Part shown: positions 20,413 through 34,619 of the stretch, one piece after another | Numbering within the stretch: position 1 is the stretch's first letter | Layout: each line of letters opens with the position of its first letter | DNA from: Perkinsus chesapeaki ATCC PRA-425 | Lineage: Eukaryota > Protista > Perkinsozoa | Direction of reading: 5' to 3' | NCBI GenBank assembly: GCA_013115145.1 | Contig: JAAPAO010000014.1 | Coordinates: 77,854 to 141,853 of the forward strand | Length of the DNA stretch: 64,000 bases | Notes under the pieces: generated by a model | Told to the model about the DNA's origin: nothing | Database searches by the model: none | The model's input: the letters and a program-made list of their open reading frames with translations, nothing else | Program-made: the position numbers and the translations under genes

Positions 20413-23400
20413 CTAACCCGGAGCGATTCGATAAGAGCTAGGTATCGATCTAGTGACATACTCCCCACCAGGATGCCTTTTACTAATGGAGACTATTACG
20501 AGGATTGATGAACTGGGCCGATAAACACCACTAGTAGCACTGTGTAGGTTGGTAAAGTGTGGTGGTATACACAACAGGGGGGGGGCAGAGAAGGTTAAAC
20601 ACTCAGTGAGTTCATGAGATAAAAACAATATAAAAAGTATAAGGCAACCAGTGAGCAAGCAGTCAGGCCTGATGAACAACAGTGAAAGGATAGTGACTAC
20701 GAACGGTAGACTCACGTGTGAATTTCAATGCTTCAATTCTGGCAAAGACGACCACGACAAGCAGAGTCGCCGTTAGCCACAATATGCTGCCCCTTATCCG
20801 AGCTGAAAGGGCAATGTGGGAAGTTATGGACGAGCATCTACCTGATATGGTGACACCGCCGAATAAGGCCAGCGGCAAGGAGAGAGCTAGGTAGAGATTA
20901 CGGATACCATAGTCGAGGACGTCCATGATGCCTTGGAGTGATCTGATAGAATGGAAACTTGAACTGGGCAAGGGAAAAGAGCGTCACCTTCTATACCGCA
21001 AAGTCGTGCTAGTGCACCACAGATTGCCAGCGTTGAGGCCAATCGAGTAAACTGATAGGCTCATCAGCGATAAAGGCACTTCGCTACAGTCTGCAATGGC
21101 AACGAGCGCTTTACTGGCTACCAAAGAGAAGATCTGAACAGCGAAAAGTGAGCTTATACTGAACAAGTGAGCCTACCATGACCAATGCAAATGCTAGGAG
21201 CATGACAAATGAGGTCCGGCAGAGTCCTACGGTGTGATGGCTGGGGATCCAGACAGCCAGAATAGGATACAACGGAACATCCAAGGTACAAGTGATGGCG
21301 AACCGAACCTGATGGAGAAGTACCAAAGATAGATTCACGCGGGTGAAAGCAGCGCCTACGCTTCAAGCATGCATTTACCATTTCAAATGACGATAATGTA
21401 ACACTTACAATTGACGATTTACGAACGTGAAATTTTAGCATCAGCGGAGAGGATGGCTTCAATGGCTAGCCAGGAGCGTAGCAAGTCTTACCCTTCTGAA
21501 CCACAGCAGCATACTGTTGTTACTATCACCATCGACTTCGTCTTGTCCCACTCTACTAGAGCAATTCACGGACCTGCTGCTAACGTTCCCAAGGCCAAGG
21601 GAAGTAGACTTTACCAGTAGCTGGACGCTGTCTCACGGATGGACAGACCATCCCCTTCAACCCGAATGCCTTGTGCGCTGATTTTGCTCAGTACAGCACT
21701 CTTCGCCTGTTGAAAAACTCTGGCGGTTGTAATGTTCAATAACCTGCTTACGTCTTCGCTGATAGTGCGCAGGTCAACGGCAATCTCGTCGCCTAGGTCA
21801 GTCGAAACGTAAAGGACAAGTCGATGTAAGGGCCCACGGATATCTTGCACGTAGACAATCCTATTGTAGCTAATTTTCCACCGTCCGGCGCTGACAAATG
21901 AGGAGGTTTCCGAGGAGCAATCAGCGCGTCGGTTTTACACCAGTGAGTGGCTTTGTTCAGCGTGGCTTATCAGTATTTCTGGGCTCGGTTGCTGGTCGCT
22001 GGCCTCGTCCTGTCGGAGTAGCTGCTGACGCTGTAGGTGATGGTGCGCCAAAGGGAGATCAGTATCGTAAACAGGAGAGCCAACTGCGGGGAAAGGATAA
22101 GGAAATGAAGGAGCGGTAGTTGTTACGTAGAAGGCTGGACGGCTGCACATCGCGGTCCTTGTCGAAATGCAACTAGAGGAGGCAACGTCGAACATATCTG
22201 AGTTAGCCGAATTCTTACCTCAGGAGAGCCTAGCTCCAATAAGCTGTTGGCATTGCGCACATTACGCTGCTTCAATGGTGAGAACTCCAAACCATGTGTT
22301 CCAGCCTGAACTGGTGAACTGAGGATGCCGAGTCCCTTCCGGGGAGCTCCTAACCTGCATCAGCCGCCGTTTGCTTTCGACATCGTAAATGTCATATAGC
22401 CGATTACCGAGGAAAACCTGAAGGGTAAATCACACTGGAAGCGCGGTGCTATTATTCACTTTGATCTCAACAGGCCAGGTGTGAGTTTCTCTGCACAAGA
22501 GGGGCGAGCTCAACTCTAAGGAGAGATGATGGTCGTAGAGCATGTGCGCTTCCTTACCACCACGGATGGCAAATGGCTTCGGAGGGCTCCTGCAGGCGGA
22601 GATTACGCAGACGCATGCACCGATGGTGAGGAGCAGCCACCACCAGCCGGCACTGGAGTATCCTCCTCGTTGAGCTATCAGGATGATAACCTACAAAACG
22701 TGATTGCATCACCACCACCCCCGGGAAGCCGTGACGTGACGCACCAATGCAACTGTGTAGGTTAGCACTGTTCCCGTGAAGGCAGCCGAGTTGAGCTTTG
22801 GAAGGGTGCCCTCACTAGAGAAGATACCAGCGGCAAGGACAGCAGAGAGAGTAAATATGTTACAGCCAATTACACAACCTGCATGCAGACATCAACATTG
22901 AGCCTCTCGACATGGGCCATAGCATCCTACCAAGGCCTAGAGTCGGTCGATGAAGGAGGATTGAAGATACGCTAGTGCAGAGCTCAGGGCTGACCGAGGC
23001 TGCTGACATGAGAAAAGCCCCGATAGGAGCCAACCAGCCAGAGTGAAGTCTTTTAGTGGTGGCCTGAGGATGTCTGGAGTACCTTGCCCTTGGCTGAGAC
23101 GGGCTTACTCTACACGATGTTATCAGGTACTTGTCAGACACAACGCACTGAGCTCTCATACAGTATCTGGATGAGAAGGTTGACAAGCTGGCGATTGCGA
23201 GGGAAGGGCCATTCTCACAGCAAAAGCATCCACCAAAGGCACATCCACCAGCGTTCGCATTCACTGCCTACTTCTGTTACCATGGCGAAGGCAGGCTGAT
23301 GGGAGGAGCGGTAAGCCGTGGAGCACTAAACTCAAGAGGCCTTCAAGTGAGAATATTCATATCCACAACAACAAGAGAAATGAGCGGAAATAGATGAGGT

Positions 23401-23668
23401 CGCAGAAGTGAGCAATAACACGGCCACGACCGCTGGGTACTTTCTACCAAGAAGTACAACGACGAGGACACAGAAGGGCGGACATCCCTTTGAGGTGTAT
23501 TATATTAGATTGAAAAGAAGGTATCATAAGAATCATCAGCTGCAGTCTTTTTTGCATGGAGCCTCGGTCAGAGCCGGAGGCAGATAGGCCGAGCCTTGAA
23601 GGACTGCGCCGAAGGTGATGACCGACGAACACGTTGACGGGGTACCAAGAGTATAGGAGACAATACAT
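20413..23668 (-). CDS. Hypothetical multi-pass membrane protein(s), multi-exon; boundaries approximate
   Basis: Several hydrophobic minus-strand exons (20413-20715, 20663-20971, 20984-21166, 21111-21338) plus soluble upstream exons. Family not recognised. Confidence 0.35.
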
Positions 23669-23700
23669 TGAAACTGTTATTATGTTGAATTAACGAACAC

Positions 23701-26700
23701 TTAGGACTGCCATATAGCAAACACAAGGTAGAGGACGTAGGTGGCGATGAGGATGTAGCCGGCAGTACCTAAAGGGGACAGTGTCATTTACGAGGCCGGC
23801 AACGATAACTTTACGATCGAGGCTGAACTTCCCCTTGGCCACGAGAGCGAGCAGTACTAGTAGAGTGACGGCCATCGCAACCACGTTACCAAATATCCCT
23901 AAAGGAGGAAATGAGACAGGAAGGCCGATGGGGGGCACTTACCTTCTGAGCCAACAAAGAACGGGTGTGGTCTGGGGAGCATGGTCCTGATGGTCCACGG
24001 TAAAGCAAGAGCAATGAAAATGTTCTGAATGTTAGAGCCGAGGGCGTTGGCGATGGCCATGGAGGATCTGATAAGGTTTGTATGGCGAGGCAAAGAGGGA
24101 GCCATGTTACCTGCCGGCCTTAGCCATTATTATACTTGCATAGAAGTTGGGGAAGCTGGTGCCGACAGCGCACACTGTGACACCCATCAGGGCCGAGGAG
24201 ATACCGAATGCATCGGTAATACGGTCAGAGGAGAAACACATAACGTAGGAGAATACCTGCCCCGAAAACTGCTGCTCCGAGATGCACGGCTGGGAGGGCT
24301 TACGGCCAGCCACGCCATGGAGAGGATGAATCCAGCGAGCCATCTGGACTCTTTGCTGGGATCTCGGACATCACAGAAGCCCATTGTTAATGCTAATACG
24401 AAATGTATAGGGAAGCAAGCGATATTCATCAACTGAGGAGGACTAGAGGTAGTTACGAGGTCGCCGGTGCGATACGAGGCTACCTTCCTCAGCCACTCTC
24501 TGGTCGCAGACTTCTCCTTGTCTGTAGTGGTGAGCTGATGGCGCAGTCTGAGACAGGGGCGGTACAGCGAAGGCTACAGGGAGTACCAAGTACTTGTTAA
24601 GGCAAGGACGCCAGCCGCCCACGAACTGCCTTTCCTCCTCCTCCTTCACAATTGTGTCGAGCTCACCAAGAAGCCTATCCTTCTCCTACAAAGCACTTAG
24701 CTACCAGTTGCTGCCCTCAACCTACTGTAGGTGACTCAGCGTCAATAACAAAGGTAAGCAGACTGCCGTGGTTGTCCTCATCCTTCCAAGGCACATCCAT
24801 CTCGACAAGTGTATCTCCTTCGCTCACGGAACGAAACTTCACAGGTGTCACCACACAGGTGCTGTCCGAGGCCTCTGATTGCCAATCCGGATGGCTCCTG
24901 AAGCCGCCATCTATTCCTTTCCCTGACGGCAACACCCACCTTAAAAATGGTGGAGTCTGTGGCGTCAAGTGATGATAGTGCAAAGAAGAGCCATGCCCGA
25001 CACTCGGTACTGTAGAGATGGGCTAACATTAACAACCCATACTGCAACACAATCAATTGTCTCCCACCATCTGAGCGTCATTCCACTTCTCCGCTCTAGC
25101 CGGGGAGACCTCCGCAGCAGTGCTCGAAGACGTAGCAGTTGATGCTCGATGTAGGTGGAACACGACATTAGGCCCTATGACCTACACCACATTAGTCACG
25201 CGCCACAAAATAGGCCAAACCTACCTGAACATCCATAGGCAGCTCCTCTCCCTTCTCCTTGATGCCCCTAACTCGGCCATTACCATCCACCACCGCCTAA
25301 ACGCGCACGATCCATCGACTACGGGCCAGGGCTTTATGGCAATAGTCCGGCAAGATAAGTTGAACTCCAACAGATTCACAAGAAATATGTATGTATCCAG
25401 GAATATATACAAGACCGTTGGAGATGGAGCGGTATAATTACATTTATACTAATTAATTCCGAATAGGAAGCGGAAAGGATAGAAAGTTGAGATTTCAAGT
25501 GTTATTCCCCATAAGTGTCCATTCCTCGCCACCAACACATCTACACGGCCACATACATGTATCCCAATACTCACCTTAACAGGGAAGGTTCTTCTAATAA
25601 CACCATCCTCAACCTCTGAAGCATTCGAGTGGCCCGCCATACCCTCCTCTGCCTTCTCATCAAGCAAAGGCCTCTTCAACGAGTCTAAGCAACGACACTA
25701 TAAAAGGGAATGAACTAGCAGCTCATACCAGCCATCCAATTCTCCACCCAAGACGTCATCCTCCTAGTGTAGGCCACTACGAAGGCGAAGAGTGCCGCAC
25801 AAGTAAGGAGGATCCATGCCTCCACTGGCGACACTTTCCCATCCCACAGTGTGATAGTCAATAACACCTATATATACTGTCACGATATCGATCAACCGTT
25901 TCATTATTACTATAGAGAGGGCATAAAAGCTCACATCTCGAACGAACGGTGTCTTCTGTAACCATAGCGGCAGCTTCGGTGCCACCAGTATAGAGCCACC
26001 AATGATGGCGAGAAGGTTGAATATCTCAGACCCGACTATAGTGCCTATGAGGAAGTCCACACTTAAGGAAAACTTGCCGATCGCAAAGTTGGAAGGTTCG
26101 AACACGACTTTAAAGTAATGAAGGGCTGCAGGATTACCCCGATAACGATTGCCAGCATTTTGCCGAGATACGATTCGGGTACCCCTCCGAAGCTAAGCCC
26201 TCACCCCCATCCAACGATAAGACAAGACACTCAACAAGCTGACCCCAGGTTAGGTATTACCTATGCCAACATCCGAATGCGTGACAAATATCGATATAAA
26301 GTTGGTGAATAGTTCAGGGCCATTGCATCCCAGAGCCATTAGTGTTGCACCAGCTACATCCTCTGGAATGTGATACCGTGCCACAACTACCTAATGAAGC
26401 ACTATATACGATTGAGCGGTATAGACTGATACACGGGGTAATGCCTTAATCAACGCCAATGAAAATATATATATTGACATCACGTATATTGATATATATC
26501 TGATAAAACAGCACTCTGGAGAAGTAACGAGATGGACAAGCTAGGCGACATACGTTGGTGAGAGAGGAAATTCCGGGAAAATTCCGGGAAAATTCCGGGG
26601 AAATTTCATAAATTTCAGTTGATCTTCATTGTTTCTAGCATTGAGTTGCATCCTAGAGAATGAAGGTGTTATTGAGGAAGGCGGTCAATAGCTTTGGGAC

Positions 26701-26996
26701 ACTACCTTAATGCTTTCGACAAAGTAATCATCACATATCGTCGCCTGGGCCTTGAACATATACCTAAGCTCATTTAGCGAAGCACGTCTACAGTAGCTGC
26801 CCTACGCTATTAGGAGCCACCACAACCAGGCAAACCATGGTATACCAGCACTACTAACTTCAGGGATCGCTATATGATCCTCTATCGGGGCAACACCTGC
26901 AATAAAACGACAGGTCGGATAGGAAGATGAATCTAAGGGATGCTCCAAAAGGGCTGCGAAGGACCCCTTCGGTACTATTCCAGACCATGTAGCCAT
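23701..26996 (-). CDS. K+-dependent Na+/Ca2+ exchanger (CaCA/NCKX family), multi-exon
   Basis: Alpha-1 repeat ICDDYFVESI...EDVAGATLMALGCNGPELFTNFISIFVTHSDVGIG...TIVGSEIFNLL. Alpha-2 repeat GVTVCAVGTSFPNFYAS...MAIANALGSNIQNIFIALALPW. Stop after ...VFAIWQS at 23701. Confidence 0.88.
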
Positions 26997-27299
26997 CGAT
27001 TTCAATTTGGGGCGTCTATTTGCCAGCCGTAGCCGAACAGGTCAGTTGGACGGATAAAGAGATCAATGTTAGAAGTCATGTCATGTCATGTTAATAAGGT
27101 CGCCATGAGTGTAACAATAATGACCAGTATGATGATATTACCCCACTCATACTAAATAGCGCCTCGAGGCGCGAGACAACCTCAGACAGGCTCGTCGGGA
27201 AATGGAGAGCAATAACAACACTCAGTCATTTCCCAATCTATTTAACGACATCATCATCTACGATCTGCGATACATTTCTGTCTCAGCTCATAACTAAGG

Positions 27300-30200
27300 T
27301 TTCAAGCCGCGAACTTCAAGCCCACCCGCACTGCCAGTCAAATACTACCAGATCCCTCAGACAACACAGAAGCTTCTCCCCCTCCGATTGCCGCTAGAAC
27401 CGGTAGCACGACGACCAGTAGCAGCAATGATCTCATTACTGACATTATAAACCACAACTGAAACCCGCTGCCGATGTGATCAACTCAAATCCTCAAATAG
27501 CAAGATTAACGCGCCTTTTGAAACGGCCGCATAGGCCCTCCTGAACAGTGGTTCTGATCACACTCCCGCGGCCACCACCCTATGGCCGGCCAGCAGCTCA
27601 TTGATGTACTCGGTTCCTTGCTGCTCTCTGAACTCATTGAGCATATCTTCCCAAACCTTCTTAGCTTCCTCCTCTCCCCTTGGTGCACCGGCCAGATGGG
27701 GGTCTATGGCGTCATATGAACGAGTGCTGGCATTCCACAAACGGAGAGCGTTGACCTGAATAACATCAGCCTTAGGCCGGGAAACCTTTATAGCCCCAGA
27801 GCCTATACAGTAAGAAAAGGACAAACCCATAATGTACGATAATGCATCCCATCATCCCAACCAGAACGTATCCCCGTCTAGATCACGCTATTAACTCCGA
27901 TAGACAATTTACCCCCAAGTACATTCCCCCCTCCTCCAGTGCCAGCCGACACATGTCTTATCGGCTATGTAAGCCCAGGTGGCCCCCCCTTACTGGATGC
28001 GGCAAGTCGATGAGTTTCCCTGTATTCTCATCCTCCACACGATATTCATTTATCAAGTGCTCAGGTGTCGGGAACATGTGCCTACCAAAGACCACTACAC
28101 CACGCTACTCCTGCAGGCGCACTTGTCAAAAACATTAGTGACGAGCCCTAGTTGCAGTAACCGTCTGAATGCAGCCTCACAGGAGGGATGCTCCAGTTGC
28201 TCCTTCCATATCGCTGATGACAGACATACCGATAAAACAAGTTCTATTATTAGTACCAAATTTCTTATCCCTAAACTGCAGTACAGGGTCCAAAGTAACC
28301 TGTGATTGCCTCCAGGTAAGATCATCTTTGAAGTTGTATTCCAAAAATCTCGTGCAAGGCTCCTCAGAGTACCTATGGTTAATACACATCCTCTTCTATT
28401 AAACCCGACTAGGGCAACAATGTTCAGCTGCTCAAGAGGTATGTAACAGCTTTGTTTCCTAAACCGTAGACCAACACCCCAAATTAAGATTAGGATTAAG
28501 ATCGTCGTGATAATTAAGATGATCTTAATCCTAATCACATTGAAATTCTTAATACGCCTGCCATATATTTATTATCTAGTCTCGAACTTTATATATGCCA
28601 ACGATAACGCTTTGCATCTCCCTAATACCACTCAAGTACCAGCCTAACCCTGGTAGCATCACTAGTCTCCAAACTGATGCCTACTCTACGGCGGCATTAT
28701 AACTTACATCACTTGACAAGTGCCCATAATAGGCTCCAGTGTCCCACTGCCAGTGTTGATACAATCGTATCTGCATAACCGCAGATGGAGAGATCTCCCC
28801 CACTCGCCTTCCTTATTACTCAACAGTCTCGCCATCGCTCGTTTGGCACGTCACGGCGATACCATCCCGCCCTTTGTCTCCCGGAGCGAACGTATTAATG
28901 TATCGCTGAAAGGATATTGGATATTAGTCGCAAAGTGATTCACCAAATGAATCGATAACAGAGTTACAGAAGCCCTCAGCGACGCCCTTGGGAAATTGAG
29001 AAGAAGCAAGAACTGAGCACCAATATGCGCAAATGGTAGCAATGCCGTAAGGAAGATCCCTGGTATACATTACTAGAAGTGCAACTATAAAGGGAAGATG
29101 CTGCTAATGGCATAACCAACATGGGATACAATTGTGGTGAACTCAGTTCCGTGTCAAGGTTACTATATCTAGTACGAGAAAGAGCGTCGAATTTACCATT
29201 CGATACCGGATTTGACCTCGCCACCATAGGCGATTGATCCTATTATATTACCTCGAGCCTCTCCTTATCCAAAGGGCTATCCATTAAATAGTATCCAGTT
29301 ATTTTAACAGGATCACCGATATCATCAACAAGCTCAAGCTTACTAACAGCCTCAGCTATACGCTCGCTACTACTCATAATAAAACAACAACAACAACTTA
29401 AAGTTCTGTGATTGAAGAAGGACGGAAAGAAACCTTGAACGCTCACTATGATCCAAGCTCTTATCTTCACCGTCTTCATAGGTGTACTTTCGTAGTAGTA
29501 ATTCAATTATGCAACGAAACATGTAATGGATTAAAGGATAAGCAACATCAGTAACAACGATGGTCATGACAGTGGTCATCACGCAAAGGGGTATCTGACT
29601 AACACTAGCCCTCCCTCTTCGACGGAATCGCCCACCTGAATCGCTGCCGCGAGCGCTTTCTCCTTGAAAGTATCAACTCTAGAATCGAAGCCAGCTGTGG
29701 TGTGCAACTCATGACGAATTCCTCCTGTCTCAGCTGACAAGTAACCCTACTATTCTCCAAAGAACCGCCCTTGCCTACTAGCCCAGTCTGTCGTCCCCTA
29801 TCCAAGAAGTCAAATAGGTGATGAGGACGCAACGTCCCCAATGGGAAAGCAACTTCCCCTTCATCTGGCACCCCTTCACCGTCCGTGTTTCGTGGGCTGG
29901 AAATCGGCGCTACGGTTGTGGCCACCAGCGATGACCAGTCCCGGTACTCTTCACTAGAGCACACCACAACAGGTGTAGTAGATCTGATGGATTAATGCCA
30001 CAGCAGTCGAGGCGGCCCTATGCCACTACCCGGTGACCTCTCCCTCAGCGAAGAAAGTCCTCATATCCGAGAGAGTAACAAAACCTTTGTTATCCTAAAG
30101 CGGCCGGGTCCTACATAACGCGTAAATGACCCGTACAACATCCATCTTCTTGAACGCTGTTCTAGCGGTAAAGGCAGAACCACTGAAGGTGTTCTTGGCC

Positions 30201-31164
30201 AACCGCAGCTCATGGCCCAAACGGACAGCTTCCTGCCCCTCTTGTTCTTCTAGTAGACCCAGACCAGACTGCAATATGGGGCAAGCCTGCTTGAATGCTC
30301 AATGTATTTAGTGTTGGATTATCTATCACATCAATGTACTCCATCTGATGGTCTAAATCACATCCCAATCTTTCTAGCGCTGCAGCCATCAACCCTCTGG
30401 AAATGAAGGCTGTATGACACGACTACCTCGAGAGCATCACTATTACCCAACAGAGTCGTCTCCACTTTGTGAGATTTTATCTTCAACTTCAGCGGCCCAC
30501 TCCCTTAAACACCGCGGTGTATCGGCCTCTGGTGACCCCAGTATGGAGAGTAGCGGTCCGGCACCAACAGCGCTACTTCTATAGAGCAGATTGATTTGTA
30601 ATTCTGCTGATGTCCAAATGCTACCTCGCGACACCAGAGCCTCGACCTACGAAAGGCTTCTCATCGCCTAACTGCCGCTTCAGCATGGATATGAACTGAC
30701 AAGGGTTAGGCAACTCGAAACGATATTATTCGGCCGGGTATGGTCACCAGAACAATAAATCTTAGCGACTGTAGGGGTATGATACGATCGGTAGTACCTC
30801 CACCAAGTTTTTCTGGTGTACTAGACAATCATTAAGATATTTTATCCTCTCAGATAAGATGGACAACCTTTCCTCATCGGTGCCTACCAACCGAGATCAC
30901 TAGCGCTGTCGAGAATCGGAGTAACGCACCCAGATCGACTGCATCTCCACCTGGCAGTACAGGGAGTATTAACGAGCTGCCGGACCGCGTATCGAGACAA
31001 TACAGCGACCCCGGAGACGCTCTGAAGTTCAAAATGGGTCCGTAAGGTTGTGAAGATCACCTTCGACGATAGAGCCTTCGGTCTGGTACACAGAAGTCGC
31101 AGCCGAGCCGTTTAATAAAGTCTCTCGGATCTCCACCAACGTCTGTTATATTGACATTACCCAT
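27300..31164 (-). CDS. Hypothetical large multi-exon protein (starts MGNVN...); 3' end approximate
   Basis: Series of coding-like exons joinable through short GT-AG introns. No family recognised. Confidence 0.4.
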
Positions 31165-31259
31165 TGTATAACATGAAAAGATCCCTGACGCAACTTCAGC
31201 TAGTGTCGACAGACTACTTACATGAAATTCGGTTCGGAAGATAATTAAATGCATAATAA

Positions 31260-31335
31260 TGTTTCGAGCTGGAATCGAACCCGGAAGACGCGAGTGTGGC
31301 CCCTGAGGTTTAACGTGCTAAACTACGCATATGAC
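31260..31335 (-). pseudogene. Degenerate tRNA-like element (tRNA-Val-like ends, B-box GGGTTCGATTCC)
   Basis: The reverse complement reads gcgTAGTTTAGcacgtt...cacac..gcg...ccGGGTTCGATTCCagctcgaaaca. Fragments match tRNA-Val-type genes, but the stems do not close. Confidence 0.33.
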
Positions 31336-32519
31336 AATTCTCATGCTCACACTTTTTCTAAGCCGTGTTTGTGCGTGGCATATTCGACAACCTCTTACGT
31401 TGTCATGACTTACATGCCTCTCACACTCTTGCTCTTGAGAGTGCCAGAGGGCAAATGGGATACACTTTGCCGCTAGAGACGTGTTTGTTTGACTGGAGTT
31501 TATATCTCGGGATAGGCGCACTCGATGCAGAGCTTGTCTCATATCCGAATCGGATAGGAGGCAAGCTCGGATTAAATCGGATAATCCGATTTATGGGTGG
31601 CAAGTTGGCATAGCAATGTTGGCACCGCTAGCATTGCTAGTATTGGGCAGCCCAGTTTGTGCCATTGTTGCCATATTAGTTGTACGCAAACCCGCATTTT
31701 TGTTCCAGAGTATACTCGGCGCGTCCTACGCCACACGTACGCCGACCCCGCTTAAAATGATGAGCTCAGCTTGATGAAGGTTTCCACCGATATTGTCGAG
31801 TCACAGTTATATGCACTGGTGTAACACAACGCTTACGGATGTGGGGGAATAGCAGATAAGGCTGCTCTGCATCTCTAGGGAATGAATCGATCAGCTTGAG
31901 CACATGGCAACGCGTTCTGCGCACGCGTGCTCACCATGCTAGCCTAGCATGGTGTCCGATAGGCTGACCACAGTCATCCTCTGCAAGGGTTAACTCGCCG
32001 ATAATCAGAGTCTGATTGAAATGGAGCTCAACTGGAACGTGTGTGATCCCAAATCTAATCGTAAACACCGACACCAAGGCGTTCATACTTGGAGCCCCCT
32101 AGTATGAACGCCGGGATTCCCGGCCCGGGAACCAGGAGCTGAAAGTAGTACACCTACTTCAGTGCACAACCATGCCCTTAGTGTAACTCGCCGAGAAGGA
32201 AAACATCGGCAAAGATCGACTGTCTCCACAGTTTCACCAAGCTGTCTATTGTCAGTAATAATGTGCATCGAGTAGCTTAGCAGAATTAAAAGGATCTCGT
32301 CAGAGATGGGTTTCACGCACAGGAGTAGGATCTCTTGAGACTAGCTGCATTCGCTTTTGGTTAACTCTACAGTGACAATAACAGTATAGGTATTAAACTC
32401 TCGCTCGGAAGCTGAACATAGAATGGATAGTCTAACTAAGCCAATTTCGACGTTGGACTATAAACTCACACACACGCACAGCGACATCCATTCGAACATA
32501 GAATGTGACAGCATTCTAC

Positions 32520-32790
32520 TGTACAGCATTCTACTATACAAACTGTCAGACGGTACATGGTACATCGAGCAGAAAGGGTATGACTACCTCCCTAGGCTGG
32601 CATTCGATATCGCTAGTCCTAAGGCTAGTACAACGATACTCATCCCGCCTAGTCACTACACGGAAGATTGTGACGGTACTTGGTGTGCTCTTCTTCTACA
32701 ACATGGTAACTCCCCCGAAACTATACTTGGTGTACGTTTTTTACAACCTATTTTGCTTCGTTCACCAAGAAGGAGGGTGGTGATAGGACA
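32520..32790 (+). pseudogene. Pepsin-like aspartic protease C-terminal lobe fragment, frameshifted
   Basis: LPRLAFDI...TILIPPSHY...C.LLLQ...ILGVRF, followed in another frame by TYFASF. Resembles the C-terminal ILG..FL..YY..F motif. No DTG catalytic motif seen. Confidence 0.35.
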
Positions 32791-34619
32791 GTCACCCTTG
32801 CCCCGTACATAATGCACTAGGTACCTGTGCGTCAGTGAGAACTTGCGACTTGATAGTCTTCATTTTGAGGTTATCTGTGCAAATAACACATGATAGTTGG
32901 GTGGTATTCTATTCGTCATGAATAGAGGCCGTCTCATTGACATTATTATTGTCATTAGCAGTTAGCGAGGTAGTGTTGAGTTGGCCACGTAGTCGGGCCG
33001 ACTAAGTTGGCTAGTACTGATATAGTATTATTAATGCTTATACATCGCGTTTAAAAATACACAACACACTGGCATGCGTCGAATAACGTTAGCCTATTCA
33101 GTCTGAGCAGCATGCATTGCCTACAGAGGAGCACGTAATCGCGCTTATTTATCTGATGGGCTAGCATCCCAACCTCGTGTCTTTGTCAAACTGTCAATTT
33201 GCCCAAACAGTTGAACCCAGTCTCAAAGTGGGTGATGCTGAAATGCAGACGTGACTCGTCTTCACGGTATGCTGCGTACGGTATGCGTACCGGCGACCGG
33301 TAACTGATGCACCGGTGCACTGATGGTTGCAGCATACCGTACATAAAGGAACCAATGGCAGCTATGTCATATTCAATTTGTTCAGCTAACACTAGCCAAG
33401 AATCAGAGCGGAAGGTGAGATAAGACATGTTTCATGTCAGCTATGCTAGAATCACTTCTCTCTTATTCTCTATTGTATTTACATTGCCTCTATTTTAGGA
33501 ACTAAGAGGAGCGGTTTGTGCAGCCCGTTGTGATCCTTTCTTTCATAAATGCCATGCCACCCCAGTTGGGCGTCCCGTGTGCATTAAAGGGTCATGCTTC
33601 ATTGACTGCAGCCAAGCGGTAAGAGCCTTCCTTTATTGATTGTCACCATCACTGACATATGATACAGGTCTTCTTTCTGCTCAGTTATGCCCCGATGAGG
33701 CAACGTGCTTCGATGTTGATGAGTCATCCTTGTGCTTATTCAAGTTTTAGTACAGTTTGCGGTTCATAATATCGGGGTTCATTTAAACTGGTTACGTAGA
33801 CAGATACAATATAGTAGAGGTTCTTCGTGAAAGCCACACCAAAATCCCCCGTGAAGAGAGTTCAAGCCTTTCAACATCATTAGGTCTCGATGATCCCAGT
33901 CACTGAGGCGAGCCAGCCCCTGTCACTAAGTATTGACTTTTCTCATTAACTCTTTATGCTTGAGTTAGTTAATGACCATTGCGCTGCATCATCCTCCTAT
34001 CACAAGTAATAGTGTTAAAGAAAGCTATCAAAAAACACAAGTGCTTGTTTTGTGAGCAGTGTGACAGGTAACCGGTCCTCTGCCCATGGGTTATTAATGA
34101 GGTTAACGAGCTAGATCATTCTTAGCATTAGGGATCGGATTCAGGCTAAGGCACTTAACACTGATCTCTCAAGCTGACGGCCTACTGATCTAGCGTTCCG
34201 GGCTGAGCCCGAGCGGGCATGCTGGGGAATAGGATGCATGTAAGGCCACTTGGCTAAGTATTCAACTTCCATAAAGTGCCAGAAGTCGTACTAACGAGCT
34301 ACAAGACACAATACTCAAGCAGCACCACGGTCGATGCTATCTAGTATAACGCTCATCTAGGCCCAACTAACCCTAGTGTGTTGTTAGCCAAAGTGTCTAA
34401 TTCATTCTTGCGCGTCATTATCACAAGTGTGCAACTGAGAGTTCTCCCGGAGAGCTCTTTGCGACGGAGAGGGTAATCACATCCACTAGGCTCAAGATCA
34501 GGATAACTCGGTTATATATTCACAACTGTTGTACTACAACACAACAAGGGAAGTTTGAGAAAGCCTTTCTTAGAAAGCAGAAAGTTCCATGAATGCCATG
34601 AGGGATCACATGATACGAT

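Noticed and set aside
29243-29290. ERLE motif suggesting RNase III/Dicer
   Set aside because: Not followed by FLGD in any splice option I could find, and no other Dicer motifs are present.
34485-34496. Spliced-leader relic (…ggctcaag)
   Set aside because: Only 8 nt match the SL 3' end, and it is not followed by a co-oriented gene.
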